Origin: an uncultured bacterium
Lineage (GTDB): Bacteria; RBG-13-61-14; CAYWKU01
DNA length: 64,000 nt
Assembly (NCBI GenBank): GCA_964459325.1
Contig: CAYWKU010000010.1
Coordinates: forward strand, 51,831-115,830
Reading direction: 5' to 3'
In this document: piece after piece, positions 30,212 through 40,505 of the stretch
Numbering within the stretch: the stretch's first letter is position 1
How the letters are laid out: each line of letters starts with the position of its first letter
Made by a program: the position numbers and the translations under genes
The notes under the pieces: model-generated
What the model was told of the DNA's origin: nothing
The model's database searches: none
Seen by the model: the letters and a program-made list of their open reading frames with translations, nothing else

Positions 30212-31105
30212 ATGTCAATCCTGGTGGATGAAAATACTCGCATCGTAATCCTGGGAATCACAGGCCGGGAGGCCGCGAACACTTCCCGGGAAATGCTGGA
30301 CTACGGGGCCAAAGTAGTCGCCGGGGTTACTCCCGGAAAAAAAGGACAGGTGGTTCACGGCCTCCCCGTATACAACAGCGTCCGGGAAGCGGTGGATAAT
30401 CACGGCGCCGAAGCAGCCCTGATAAGCGTGCCGCCGGTCATGGCAGCCGACGCCGCAATGGAATGCGCCGACGCCGGAATAAAACTGGCGGTAGTGCTGA
30501 CCGAAAGGGTGCCCAAGCGGGACGTTATCCGCGCGGTTGCTCATGCAGGCGAAAAAGGCATGATTATCATCGGGCCGAACTCCCCCGGAATAATTTCACC
30601 GGGTAAAACCCGCATCGGCTACCTGGGCGGCTCCAATCCCGAACGGGCTTTCAAAATCGGCCCCGTGGGCATAGTCAGCCGAAGCGGTGGGATGACCACC
30701 GAAATCGCCAACCTCCTGGCGCAACAAGATATCGGGATATCCACCGCCATCGGTATGGGCGGCGACCCGGTTGTGGGAAGCACTTACTCCGACTATTTCC
30801 CGCTTTTCCAGAAAGACGAGCAGACTCGGGCGGTTGTAATCTATTGCGAGCCGGGCGGGGTCAAGGAAGAAGCGTTGGCCGATTACATACCCGGCAACTT
30901 TACAAAACCGGTAGTGGCCTTCATAGGCGGAAAGTTCGTGGACAATATGCCCGGCACACGGTTCGGCCACGCATCAGTAATAGTGCAGGAAGGCTCGGGA
31001 AGCGCCGAAGGGAAAGCCGGGGTTTTCAGAAACGCCGGAGTAAACGTGGTAGATAACTATTCGGACATACCGATGGTGGTAAAAGCCGTTCTCAATGACG
31101 GCTAA
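30212..31105 (+). CDS. Succinyl-CoA synthetase alpha-subunit-like CoA-binding protein
   Basis: Near-collinear with SucD: MSILVDENTRIVILGITG, GPNSPGIISPG, VSRSGGMTTE, GHASVIV (phospho-His). Confidence 0.8.
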   Translation: MSILVDENTRIVILGITGREAANTSREMLDYGAKVVAGVTPGKKGQVVHGLPVYNSVREAVDNHGAEAALISVPPVMAADAAMECADAGIKLAVVLTERVPKRDVIRAVAHAGEKGMIIIGPNSPGIISPGKTRIGYLGGSNPERAFKIGPVGIVSRSGGMTTEIANLLAQQDIGISTAIGMGGDPVVGSTYSDYFPLFQKDEQTRAVVIYCEPGGVKEEALADYIPGNFTKPVVAFIGGKFVDNMPGTRFGHASVIVQEGSGSAEGKAGVFRNAGVNVVDNYSDIPMVVKAVLNDG

Positions 31106-31120
31106 CCCGGAAGTGGAGTT

Positions 31121-31327
31121 ATGGGAGTATTTATAACGGTCAGAATCGATTACGACAAATGCGTTCCCGATTGTTCGGTCTGCGCCGATATATGTCCCGT
31201 GAAAATATTTGTGAAAGACGAAAACCGCATAGAAGTGGAGGCTCACAACGAGGACGAGTGTATTCTTTGCGATATATGCACCGACCGCTGCCCGCAAGGA
31301 GCAATCGAGATAAAAAAGAACTACTGA
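31121..31327 (+). CDS. 2x[4Fe-4S] ferredoxin
   Basis: CVPDCSVCADICP and CILCDICTDRCP. Confidence 0.8.
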   Translation: MGVFITVRIDYDKCVPDCSVCADICPVKIFVKDENRIEVEAHNEDECILCDICTDRCPQGAIEIKKNY

Positions 31328-32490
31328 GCTTTACGTTGGAGCAGCTTCAGATATAATTCTTCCTGGTCCCTTACCATCTTATCGACGTCGAATTCCCCTA
31401 CCCTTTTTCCGGCCTCGTCGCCCATTTTCTTTCTCAGTCGGGGGTCGTTTAACAATTCCACTATCCTCCGGGCCATTGTTTCCGTATCACCGGGCTTCGC
31501 CAGGAACCCGGTTATACCTTCCGTTACCGCCTCCGGGGTACCGTCCACCTGGGTTGCGACCACCGGTCTTCGCGCCGCCATCGCCTGTGGTACCACCCGG
31601 GGCAACCCCTCGAACAGGGAGGTCAATACCAGGACATCCGCAGCTGCGACCAATTCTGGAACATCCCTTCGCCAACCAAGGATATGGAATCGTTGCGTTA
31701 TCCCGAGTTCCTTCACCCTTTGTTCAACTTGCGGCCTCAGCACCCCGTCGCCTGCGATGTAGAAGTGAGCTTGAGGCGCTTTTTCGGACACCAGCCCGGC
31801 GATTTGAGCAAAGTCGACGGGCGATTTCTGCGGCTTGAAGTTGGATATCATTCCCACCAACGGCGCCTCCGGCGGTATTCCGATACTCTCCTTTATAGCG
31901 CGGATGTTTCTACCCTCCGGATAAAACTCGCCGATGTCTATACCGCTTCGAATGAGATAAGTGTCCTTCTCCCTGAGCACTTTTTCCTTTTTCCCCTTTT
32001 CCATATTGTTCCGGCTTACGCAAATGAAGGCGTCCGTAGCAGGCCGGGTTATCCTTTCCGCCGATTTGAACAAAAAACGCACCGGGGGCGATTGCCGGTC
32101 GTGAAACCCGAAGCCGTGATAAGTGTGTATGACGACTTCGCATCCCGCCATAAAGGCGGCCCATCTTCCGAGAACACCCGCCTTGGAGCTGTGAGTATGA
32201 ACTATGACAGGTAACCTCGGCTCTTTTTTTCTTATTTGCCTCAACAAACGCGCCAATTTCATCAGGGCTATAACTTCGAGGTAAGGTCGTACTTTCCTGA
32301 CCAGTTGCGGCACCTGATAAAACTCGACATCTATGGAGCGGGCCTCGTCGTCCAACATGCCCGGCTCTCCCGATATAAGTATCGGCTTGAAAAACTCACG
32401 GTTAAGGTGGGAGACGGTGTAAAGCGTGTTCTGTTGAGCCCCGCCCAGCTCGAGCTTGGTAATGATATGTACGACCCTTGCCTTCGGCAA
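31321..32490 (-). CDS. Glycosyltransferase family 4 (GT-B)
   Basis: The C-terminal half carries the GT1/GT4 EX7E-like region (FEGLPRVVPQAMAARRPVVAT). Confidence 0.8.
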   Translation of the reverse strand: MPKARVVHIITKLELGGAQQNTLYTVSHLNREFFKPILISGEPGMLDDEARSIDVEFYQVPQLVRKVRPYLEVIALMKLARLLRQIRKKEPRLPVIVHTHSSKAGVLGRWAAFMAGCEVVIHTYHGFGFHDRQSPPVRFLFKSAERITRPATDAFICVSRNNMEKGKKEKVLREKDTYLIRSGIDIGEFYPEGRNIRAIKESIGIPPEAPLVGMISNFKPQKSPVDFAQIAGLVSEKAPQAHFYIAGDGVLRPQVEQRVKELGITQRFHILGWRRDVPELVAAADVLVLTSLFEGLPRVVPQAMAARRPVVATQVDGTPEAVTEGITGFLAKPGDTETMARRIVELLNDPRLRKKMGDEAGKRVGEFDVDKMVRDQEELYLKLLQRKAQ

Positions 32491-33759
32491 CTAGACTTCC
32501 CCGGCCACTTTCATTCCCGAAAGCAGCGCATCTTCCATTGTGGAGTATTCCCATGCCCCGTAACGTCCGATTGAGTGTATCCCTCGTCTTTTGAGAAACC
32601 GGTAAGCCCGGGACAGTAAATTTCGGCGATGTTTATCATATAGAACGTAAGCCGGGTCGATGTTCACCACCTCCGCCACCACAGGCGTTTCGGTCTCTTC
32701 TATTATCCCCAACTCCTTCAATCCCTCCAGCGAGTTTTCAATCAACTTCCCGGAATCCGGCAAAAGTGTATTATGCGGCCTGGTATGTTCCACGAAAAGT
32801 GCGGTTCCTTCATCATGTTCGCCGCCCGGGTATCTTCCGACGCGGTGAAACGGGTATTTTACGTGGGGCAGGTACACCCAATCGTACCTCATCACTTCCG
32901 GCCTCTCAAAACCCAACTGCACACAATCCACGGCGACACTGCGTAATTTTCCGGCGCACCCTTTCAGGCTCGGAGTGACATCCTTGAGCATCCGTAGCAA
33001 ATCGGTTAACGGAGCGGTGTTTATCAGCGCCTCATAATGCTCTTCTTTTCCGTCGGATAAAGTAACCTTCCGGCGCCCGGAGTCGATTTCCACAACCTCA
33101 TTCCATATTATCGAGCTTTTGATTTTTTCGGTAAGCGACTCCGCCAGGGCGCCTATTCCACCTCTTTTGGGATAGCAAAAGGTGGGATTGTATCCCATGT
33201 TTCTGTTCTCGATTCCCAAAGCCCCTCGAACAACCGCGTCAATCTCCGGCTGCGGGACACTCCAACCGGTCCAATCCACCGTAATTTCATCCAAATCACA
33301 CTTCCAGAACTTCTCGTTGTAAGGTTTGAAAAAATACTGGTACATCCCTCCGCCGAATGTCGCCTTCAGCCATTTTCCGAAAGTTTTGGGCGGATTTCGC
33401 TTTTCAAGCAATGCGCGAATGTAACTTTCCAGGCATTCTGCGGTTTTTTCCCTGTCCATAAAGCCCAAGTGCGCCTGAAAGGGAAAAGGCACCCAGTGTT
33501 TATCTACTACGATGGCGGCATTTCGCTCTCTCGAGGTAAGGTTATCGCCGAGCAACTCCTCGGCAAAAGCTCTGGCTTTTTTATAGCGTATGTGAAGAAA
33601 ATGTCCGGCAAAGTCAAAAGTGAGATTGTTTTTCGAATATGAGCGGCACAATCCACCAGTCACGTTAGATTTTTCGTATACCAGGTTTTCCCTACCACGT
33701 TTCGACAAATGATACGCGGCGCTCATCCCTGCCAGTCCTGCGCCAATAACAACTATCAA
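32491..33759 (-). CDS. FAD-dependent oxidoreductase, UDP-galactopyranose mutase-like
   Basis: VIGAGLAGMSAA dinucleotide fold and a C-terminal GRYGAWEYSTMEDA. Located within the glycan locus. Confidence 0.55.
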   Translation of the reverse strand: MIVVIGAGLAGMSAAYHLSKRGRENLVYEKSNVTGGLCRSYSKNNLTFDFAGHFLHIRYKKARAFAEELLGDNLTSRERNAAIVVDKHWVPFPFQAHLGFMDREKTAECLESYIRALLEKRNPPKTFGKWLKATFGGGMYQYFFKPYNEKFWKCDLDEITVDWTGWSVPQPEIDAVVRGALGIENRNMGYNPTFCYPKRGGIGALAESLTEKIKSSIIWNEVVEIDSGRRKVTLSDGKEEHYEALINTAPLTDLLRMLKDVTPSLKGCAGKLRSVAVDCVQLGFERPEVMRYDWVYLPHVKYPFHRVGRYPGGEHDEGTALFVEHTRPHNTLLPDSGKLIENSLEGLKELGIIEETETPVVAEVVNIDPAYVLYDKHRRNLLSRAYRFLKRRGIHSIGRYGAWEYSTMEDALLSGMKVAGEV

Positions 33760-34811
33760 TCGCCGGTCACTCCCTCCTTGTCTTGTCGCTCATCTTCCGG
33801 CTGTGGCATCGGCACCCTTCCTATCCAAACGGCAACGCCGATTCCAACCACCGCCATCACGGAACAAAGTATAAAAGCATGTATCTCCGAGCGCATAATC
33901 ATGAGCCAGAAAGCCGCCCCTCCGAGCAAAATACCCGCCACTGCGCTCATTATCAACACTCCGCGCACCGAAAGGCCCATCTTTCGCAACCGCAGCGCGT
34001 AATGGTCGGGGCTCCCGAACATTACAGGCCGTTTTTTTAACCATCTGATGAACATAACCAGAAAGGTGTCGAATATCGGAATACCGAGTATCAGTACCGG
34101 CGCCAGGTAAGCCATATCGTTGTTTCGAGTATAGCTTCCTATCATCGCAAGTGACCCCAGCATCATTCCTATGAACAGGCTGCCGGTATCTCCCAGATAT
34201 ATTTTAGCGGGCGGCTTGTTATACCACAGGAAACCTATTAATCCACCCGCCAGCGCCAGGGTCAAAACGGCTATAGTGGGCCTGTCGTTCCACATAGCCA
34301 CTCCAAACAACATGAAAGCCGCTATCCCCGCTGTAATCGACGCCAATCCGTCCATTACGTCTATTATGTTAAAAGCATTGCTCAAACCAACAAGCCACAA
34401 TACGCTTATTAGATACGCCACTATCGGAATGCCCCGTATTTCCGGTAAGAACTCGAGTTGAACATATATTCCCGACTTCAATAATACTCCCACCGCCACC
34501 AGTTGTCCCGCTAATTTAACTTTCGGCGATAAAAAGCCGAAATCGTCAATCAAACCCAATATCACAACAATTGTTCCTCCCAGAAGCAACCCGAGAACTT
34601 GCCGGTCAAATTCGTAAACCAGAGCCAGGGCAACTAGAAAACTCAAATATAACGCCAGACCTCCGAGGTATGCTACAGGCTCACTTTGTGTTTTGAGCTG
34701 GCCGTCGGGATGATCAACTATCCCGAATCTTAAAGCGGCTTGCCTCATAATCGGGGTCAGATAAAGGGCAAGAAGAAAAGAAAGTATAAAAATAAGTGGA
34801 TAAAGAATCAT
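33756..34811 (-). CDS. Polyprenyl-phosphate HexNAc-1-phosphate transferase (WecA/MraY family)
   Basis: LIGLIDDFGFL and NAFNIIDVMDGL motifs, with 10-11 TM helices. Confidence 0.85.
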   Translation of the reverse strand: MILYPLIFILSFLLALYLTPIMRQAALRFGIVDHPDGQLKTQSEPVAYLGGLALYLSFLVALALVYEFDRQVLGLLLGGTIVVILGLIDDFGFLSPKVKLAGQLVAVGVLLKSGIYVQLEFLPEIRGIPIVAYLISVLWLVGLSNAFNIIDVMDGLASITAGIAAFMLFGVAMWNDRPTIAVLTLALAGGLIGFLWYNKPPAKIYLGDTGSLFIGMMLGSLAMIGSYTRNNDMAYLAPVLILGIPIFDTFLVMFIRWLKKRPVMFGSPDHYALRLRKMGLSVRGVLIMSAVAGILLGGAAFWLMIMRSEIHAFILCSVMAVVGIGVAVWIGRVPMPQPEDERQDKEGVTGD

Positions 34812-34816
34812 TTATA

Positions 34817-36799
34817 TCACTCCAGTAGAAATATTTTAATCCTTGCTCCTTTTGCCAAAAGCTTTGTTCTATTTAGAAATTCTTTAAATATTTTTTCTTC
34901 CTTATCTGTAAGCACACAATGAGAATAGCTCCTGTTCAGCCTTTCCATTTCCGAATTATTATATATTATATGAGTAAAACCTTTGGCTTTAAGTAATTCG
35001 TTCAGACTTGATGCATTTTTTGCCTTACCTATCCATTTCTTTATCGGGTGCTGGTCATAAGCGCTCACCGGTTCATAGTCGCGCTTAAAGTAATATCCCC
35101 TTGTTTCCCCGATAAACAAAAGCTTAGTGCCTACCGCCGAAGTATTTCTTTTAATCCATGCGGCGGCACGGGTGTGCGGAGCGTGTTTTGCCAAATAATT
35201 TCTCGTAGATATGCTTTTCGTTATGTAATTTAAAGTTCCTCCGTAATACATTTCTTGAAATCTCGCCAACCGTCGGAGGCTTATTAAGGAAATGATGACC
35301 AGCGATATCATAACAAGAACGGTCAAATATTTCTTTTTATCTTTCGGCATAAGCAATCCGCCTGTAAGGACGGCCCCTAAAGCCAATCCGGGATAAAAAT
35401 ACCTTACTATCAGAATTGACCTGGACCATAACAGGTACATTATCAATATTGCTATAGCAGACCACCGCGCAAATCCTTTTCTGCCGAAGGCCCATATGAC
35501 AGCAGCACAAATCAGTATTGCTCCAGGCCACAATTCAGCTCCTGCCCCAAAAGCGCCTTCTTGTAATAATATATCGCCGGGCAGCTTCCACAGTGTGGCT
35601 GCCCATCCGTATATAGGCTCAGAGTCGTGTCTCAAGTTCATAAATCCGAATCGACCTTGAGAACCGTCTGGTTCAAATGCTGGGTAGAGTGGATTACCCC
35701 ATACTATGAGGTTCCTAATGTACCACGGACAAGCAAAAAAGATAGTAACTCCTCCATACAGAATAAAGTTCATCGCCGATACTCGCGTAACCCTCGACCG
35801 CTTTATCGAACCGGCCAATACACCCAATGCAAGCACTACTGCGACCAACAACGCCGAATATTTGCAGCCTACTGCCATTCCAAGTAATATAGCCGATTCA
35901 ATTAAAGTACTTTTTCCTTCCTCATCAAATATCCATCTTGCAAGAAGAGCCATAGCGCCCAACGTAAAAAAACACACTCCCAGGTCCACAGCACCAAGAC
36001 CTGCCATCGCACCTACTCCTGGCAATGCCGCGAATATCAGCGCCCCACATAGCCCCGCCGCTCGGTTGAACCAAAGTTTACCCATTGAATAAATCCATAA
36101 ACACGAACCGGCGCCGAAAAGAAAATGTGCAAGTTTTACCGTCGATGCTTTTCCAAGGCCTATTATAGGAATGTAAATCAGATTAATGTTAGACGGTAGT
36201 GCATTATGAACGGCGAAAGGAAAGACATCTATACCATGCCTTATCAAATATAAATCTCCAAAAGCGTCGTGATAGTACAATGCATCGTAAAATATCTCTG
36301 GCATTATGACCCCTGTAAAAGCAACCATCCCTATCATAGAAACTACAATAATTATAATAATTTCAGAATAAGTAAGGTTAAATGAATAACTTATTTCATT
36401 ATTAGTCTTCAGAATTTCTATAATATCCGAATAGTCTTTAATCCCTAACAATAATCCTATAGCTATTAAAAAAACAATAACTGGTAAATATAATATATTT
36501 AATACGCCTATTATAAATAGAATGACCGCGTAACATGTCGCACCCAATCCAATGCATGTCAGAATTGACTCAAGACTGTATGAAGGAGAAGCCATAATTT
36601 TTTCCATGAGCCGCCCAACAGACCAGAATGCAGCAATCGTAGTGGCAGTAATTAAAGAATCTCTTATCAGATTAAAAACTATCATGCTCAACTTATCGCT
36701 TGCTAATGTTACAAATACAGCGACTGTAAGCATGAACAAAGCAACAAATAAGTAGGTTGTATTGTTATATATGAGTCTCAATTTAGTCCATCCATCCAT
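34817..36799 (-). CDS. Large polytopic membrane protein, possible GT-C-type glycosyltransferase or polymerase
   Basis: 660 aa, at least 12 TM helices, AT-rich coding, inside the glycan locus. No firm motif. Confidence 0.4.
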   Translation of the reverse strand: MDGWTKLRLIYNNTTYLFVALFMLTVAVFVTLASDKLSMIVFNLIRDSLITATTIAAFWSVGRLMEKIMASPSYSLESILTCIGLGATCYAVILFIIGVLNILYLPVIVFLIAIGLLLGIKDYSDIIEILKTNNEISYSFNLTYSEIIIIIVVSMIGMVAFTGVIMPEIFYDALYYHDAFGDLYLIRHGIDVFPFAVHNALPSNINLIYIPIIGLGKASTVKLAHFLFGAGSCLWIYSMGKLWFNRAAGLCGALIFAALPGVGAMAGLGAVDLGVCFFTLGAMALLARWIFDEEGKSTLIESAILLGMAVGCKYSALLVAVVLALGVLAGSIKRSRVTRVSAMNFILYGGVTIFFACPWYIRNLIVWGNPLYPAFEPDGSQGRFGFMNLRHDSEPIYGWAATLWKLPGDILLQEGAFGAGAELWPGAILICAAVIWAFGRKGFARWSAIAILIMYLLWSRSILIVRYFYPGLALGAVLTGGLLMPKDKKKYLTVLVMISLVIISLISLRRLARFQEMYYGGTLNYITKSISTRNYLAKHAPHTRAAAWIKRNTSAVGTKLLFIGETRGYYFKRDYEPVSAYDQHPIKKWIGKAKNASSLNELLKAKGFTHIIYNNSEMERLNRSYSHCVLTDKEEKIFKEFLNRTKLLAKGARIKIFLLE

Positions 36800-38625
36800 A
36801 ATCCAAGCAAACTGAGGCTGAATAATCGCAGCCCATAATTACGCCTTCCTGAAATTTCGTCCGCAGTCCATTTTTCCACTATGTTTTTAGATAAATTCAT
36901 TTTCTCAGCCGTTAAGTTCATAGCATCGCTCAAAAAAGAACGCAGTGGTCCACGAAACCAGAAATCAAGGGGGACATCAAGACCTCGCTTACTCCTATTA
37001 AGCACCTTTTTTGGAATTATATTGCGGCCGGATTTTTTTAAAATAAGCTTTCCTTCCCTGCAATTCATCAATTCCGACGGATTTAATCCTGACGCCCATT
37101 CAACGATTCTGTGATCTAGGAAAGGCACTCTGGCTTCCAAACCGTGGGCCATGCTCATCAAGTCTACCTTTGTTAACAAATCACAAGGCAGCCAAGTGTT
37201 TAGGTCGCATTCCAATGAGCATCGCAAGTCTCCTTTCTTTTCTATATTATTATAGTAGGGTTCAAAATGTGCTACTATTTCTTCGATTATTTCAGGTACA
37301 TTTGTTCCAGGTGTCAGCTCACTGAGTTCCGCTGGATCCATAACTCGTACCGATGCAAAGTGAGCCAAAGGCCCCGGATAAGCGTTTAAAGCATCAATCG
37401 CTTTCGTCCACCTGTCAGCATTCGGAAAGCCCTCTGCCATTTTCCGATTAACCTTTCTGACCCATCCCGGTATTAATCGCCAAGCCGATGCGTACTGTGC
37501 CATTCGATATCTAAAATATCCTGCAAATAACTCGTCACCACCTTCTCCAGTAAGTACCACCGAAACTTCCTTTCTGGCGAAGGAGCTTAGTATGTATGTC
37601 GGTATTATAGCCGGATCTGCAACAGGTTCTCCCATTCCCGCTGCTATTTTCAATATCATGCCTTCCAACTTTTCCGGCTTTATTAATTTTCGTTTGTGGT
37701 TTGTTTTGAATTTACTGCTAACTATTTGAGCCCAAAAGGTTTCATCATATCCACTAGGCTCTTCAAAAGACACCTGATACGTATTCGTCTTTTCTTTACA
37801 ATAATTAACCATCGTGCCAACAATGAAGCTTGAATCAATGCCTCCCGATAAGAATGCACCTAAAGGTACATCGCTGTTTAATCTCATTCGTACGGATTCA
37901 TTGATATAATACCGCAGCATTTCATCTTCATTTTCTGATTTCGCAGTTATTGCATTATCTATACTCCACCATTTCCATTTTTTAAATCCTTCTTTGGAAA
38001 ATAAGGCAGCCTCACCCGGAAGCAGCCGTTTCACGTTTTTGAAAATCGTCCTATCACCGGGTATGTACTGTAATAATAGATAACTTACCTCGCCAAAATG
38101 GTCTATCTCAGGTTTTTTATCCATACCTAGTATCAGAGATTTAATCTCCGAAGCAAATATTAATCTATTCCCATTGAATTGATATACTAAAGGCTTTATT
38201 CCAATCCTATCTCTGGCAATAAATAACTGATGAATAGATGAGTCCCATATTGCAAAAGCGAACATGCCGTTTAACTTCTCTAGGCAATATATTCCCCATT
38301 TCTCATATGATTTAAGCAATACTTCCGTATCTGAACTAGTTTTAAATTCATATCCAGACTTTTTCAGTTCTTCACGCAGTTCGCGGTAATTGTATATCTC
38401 TCCGTTGTATACAATCCATGATTTTCCATTAATACTGCACATTGGCTGTTTACCGGCGGCGATGTCTATCACGCTTAATCTTCGATGCCCAAGTCCCACA
38501 TGTTTACCATAATAATATCCTTCATCATCAGGTCCTCTATGCGCTAGAGATTTTGTTATGGCCTGAACTTTTTCTTTATCCACCTCTAAGCATCCATAAT
38601 CGACTATTCCAGAAATTCCGCACAT
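36778..38625 (-). CDS. Asparagine synthase (glutamine-hydrolysing) family amidotransferase
   Basis: MCGISG N-terminal nucleophile (start trimmed so Cys is residue 2). SGGIDSS PP-loop. Confidence 0.85.
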   Translation of the reverse strand: MCGISGIVDYGCLEVDKEKVQAITKSLAHRGPDDEGYYYGKHVGLGHRRLSVIDIAAGKQPMCSINGKSWIVYNGEIYNYRELREELKKSGYEFKTSSDTEVLLKSYEKWGIYCLEKLNGMFAFAIWDSSIHQLFIARDRIGIKPLVYQFNGNRLIFASEIKSLILGMDKKPEIDHFGEVSYLLLQYIPGDRTIFKNVKRLLPGEAALFSKEGFKKWKWWSIDNAITAKSENEDEMLRYYINESVRMRLNSDVPLGAFLSGGIDSSFIVGTMVNYCKEKTNTYQVSFEEPSGYDETFWAQIVSSKFKTNHKRKLIKPEKLEGMILKIAAGMGEPVADPAIIPTYILSSFARKEVSVVLTGEGGDELFAGYFRYRMAQYASAWRLIPGWVRKVNRKMAEGFPNADRWTKAIDALNAYPGPLAHFASVRVMDPAELSELTPGTNVPEIIEEIVAHFEPYYNNIEKKGDLRCSLECDLNTWLPCDLLTKVDLMSMAHGLEARVPFLDHRIVEWASGLNPSELMNCREGKLILKKSGRNIIPKKVLNRSKRGLDVPLDFWFRGPLRSFLSDAMNLTAEKMNLSKNIVEKWTADEISGRRNYGLRLFSLSLLGLWMDGLN

Positions 38626-38638
38626 AAGTATATAACCT

Positions 38639-39760
38639 TTATTCTTCTCTGACAGCTTGCCTGTATGCTTCCATCGTTTTACGCGCACTATCTTCCCACT
38701 TGAATTTCTTTACCCGATATTTTCCGGCATTTATCAGTTCCATTCGTAATTCTTCATCTTTTAATAATCGTAGTATCGCTTGTCCTATTTCATCGGTCGA
38801 GTATGGATTAAAATATATCGCTGCTTTATCTGCTACTTCTCTATGTACCGGTATATCTGAACAAGCAATGGGGGTACTGTTTTCCATTGCTTCCAATAAT
38901 GGAAAACCAAATCCTTCATCGAATGACGGAAATATCATTGCTTTGGCGTTTTTATATAAAGCAGTAAGCTCATTTTCAGTAACATGTCCTATAAACTTAA
39001 CTCTTTCTTCTATTTTTAATCTCTTTACCTCATTCTTTGCACCCGGAAATCTTTTATCATCGGATCCTGCGACAACAAAATCTATAATTATTCCTCTTTT
39101 GTTCAATAACATTATAGCTTTAATTAATCCTTCTAGGTTTTTGTGAGGTCTGTGAACTCCAACATACAGAATGTATTCACGAAAGATATTATACTTTTCT
39201 TTCAATTCGTTTATATCGTTATTGCCTTCAACATCATTGGCAGGTTTGTAACCAAGTTGTATCGGAATTACTTTATTTCGTGCGTATGGAAATATTCGGA
39301 AAATAGATTCTGCTGTTGCATATGATGGAGTTATTATTCTTTCTGCCTTTTTTATGCCCGCACTATGAAGTCTTTTCGAAGCTACTCTTTTCCACCATCT
39401 ACCACATGTAAAGTAATCTCTAAATAATATTGCATTCATATCATAAATATTAATAACAGATGTGGTTGATATAAATAAAGGTAAATCATACATTGGATAA
39501 TGATATATGTCTGGCTCATACTTTCTTAAGTAACCGCTTATCATTATATGTTGTTTAAGACCCGCTGGCGATATATCAACATTCTCTATATATACATTAT
39601 CCCTAATGTCACTGAATCTTTTTTGAGATTCACTGTTTGCAAATAAAATAAATTCGTCATTCTGAAAGAGATTAACCAACTCAGGTATCAGACCTGTGAG
39701 ATATCTCGTCACCCCGCTCATAACATATCCGGCCAGTCTTGTATCTATTATAATCCGCAT
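38639..39760 (-). CDS. Glycosyltransferase family 4
   Basis: GT-B C-terminal domain signature (FPSFDEGFGFPLLEAMENSTPIACSD). Confidence 0.75.
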   Translation of the reverse strand: MRIIIDTRLAGYVMSGVTRYLTGLIPELVNLFQNDEFILFANSESQKRFSDIRDNVYIENVDISPAGLKQHIMISGYLRKYEPDIYHYPMYDLPLFISTTSVINIYDMNAILFRDYFTCGRWWKRVASKRLHSAGIKKAERIITPSYATAESIFRIFPYARNKVIPIQLGYKPANDVEGNNDINELKEKYNIFREYILYVGVHRPHKNLEGLIKAIMLLNKRGIIIDFVVAGSDDKRFPGAKNEVKRLKIEERVKFIGHVTENELTALYKNAKAMIFPSFDEGFGFPLLEAMENSTPIACSDIPVHREVADKAAIYFNPYSTDEIGQAILRLLKDEELRMELINAGKYRVKKFKWEDSARKTMEAYRQAVREE

Positions 39761-39778
39761 ATACTTTTAAATACGATT

Positions 39779-40504
39779 TCATAAACCTTTCATATATTTG
39801 GCCTTATTCATTCTTCCCCAAGTTCTTACAATACTGAATATTAGTGCTGCACCTCCCCAAATCACTATCACTCGCAATAGTATACCCACGCTTCCGAAAA
39901 TTGTAAAGATGCTTATCACAAGATACTGGTCGGGCAAAGAAAATGAAAGAAAATAAGCATGTTTCCTAATAATTTTGTAAATTCTATCCGTACATAAACC
40001 GTTTATTTCTGCATTATGCAGAATCTCATCTTCATCAATTAGTCTCCTGGGCCTTGCATAATACAAAAACATGCTGCTAACGGATAAAAAGTAAGCAGTA
40101 AATCCCAAGTACCATACTGAACCATTTTCTATATTCTCTGAAGCACCTATTGACAAACTAAAGTATATAGCAAAAACCTTTATCACATCTGTAGTAAGAT
40201 CAAGCCACGCTCCTCTTTCCGACGACAGGCCTTTTGTCCTGGCCAATTGTCCATCGACACAATCTAGTATAAAACTTATTTGAATTAGCACTCCGCCAGC
40301 AACTAAAAAAGCCCAACTTCCCTTTACAAAACACAAAGATGCTATTAAAGCAATTGTAAATGATATTAATGTAATCTCATTAGGTGTAATATTTGATACT
40401 TTTAATACGTTTACAATTCGTATTGCTATTCTTGCAGCAAATACATTCGTCCACCAACTATCGTGTGACTTTTTAATATTTTTATAATTGCTTCTGCCAC
40501 CCAA
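39779..40504 (-). CDS. CDP-alcohol phosphatidyltransferase family protein
   Basis: DCVDGQLARTKGLSSERGAWLDLTTDVIK matches D-G-x2-A-R-x8-G-x3-D-x3-D. Confidence 0.75.
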   Translation of the reverse strand: MGGRSNYKNIKKSHDSWWTNVFAARIAIRIVNVLKVSNITPNEITLISFTIALIASLCFVKGSWAFLVAGGVLIQISFILDCVDGQLARTKGLSSERGAWLDLTTDVIKVFAIYFSLSIGASENIENGSVWYLGFTAYFLSVSSMFLYYARPRRLIDEDEILHNAEINGLCTDRIYKIIRKHAYFLSFSLPDQYLVISIFTIFGSVGILLRVIVIWGGAALIFSIVRTWGRMNKAKYMKGL

Positions 40505-40505
40505 C

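Noticed and set aside
38626-38688. N-terminal extension of the AsnB-like ORF (MRVKRWKHTGKLSEKNKGYIL)
   Set aside because: Class II glutamine amidotransferases need Cys as residue 2 after Met removal. The start was moved to MCGISG. The same logic applies to the 59828 extension of the FN3 lipoprotein ORF, which overlaps argH.
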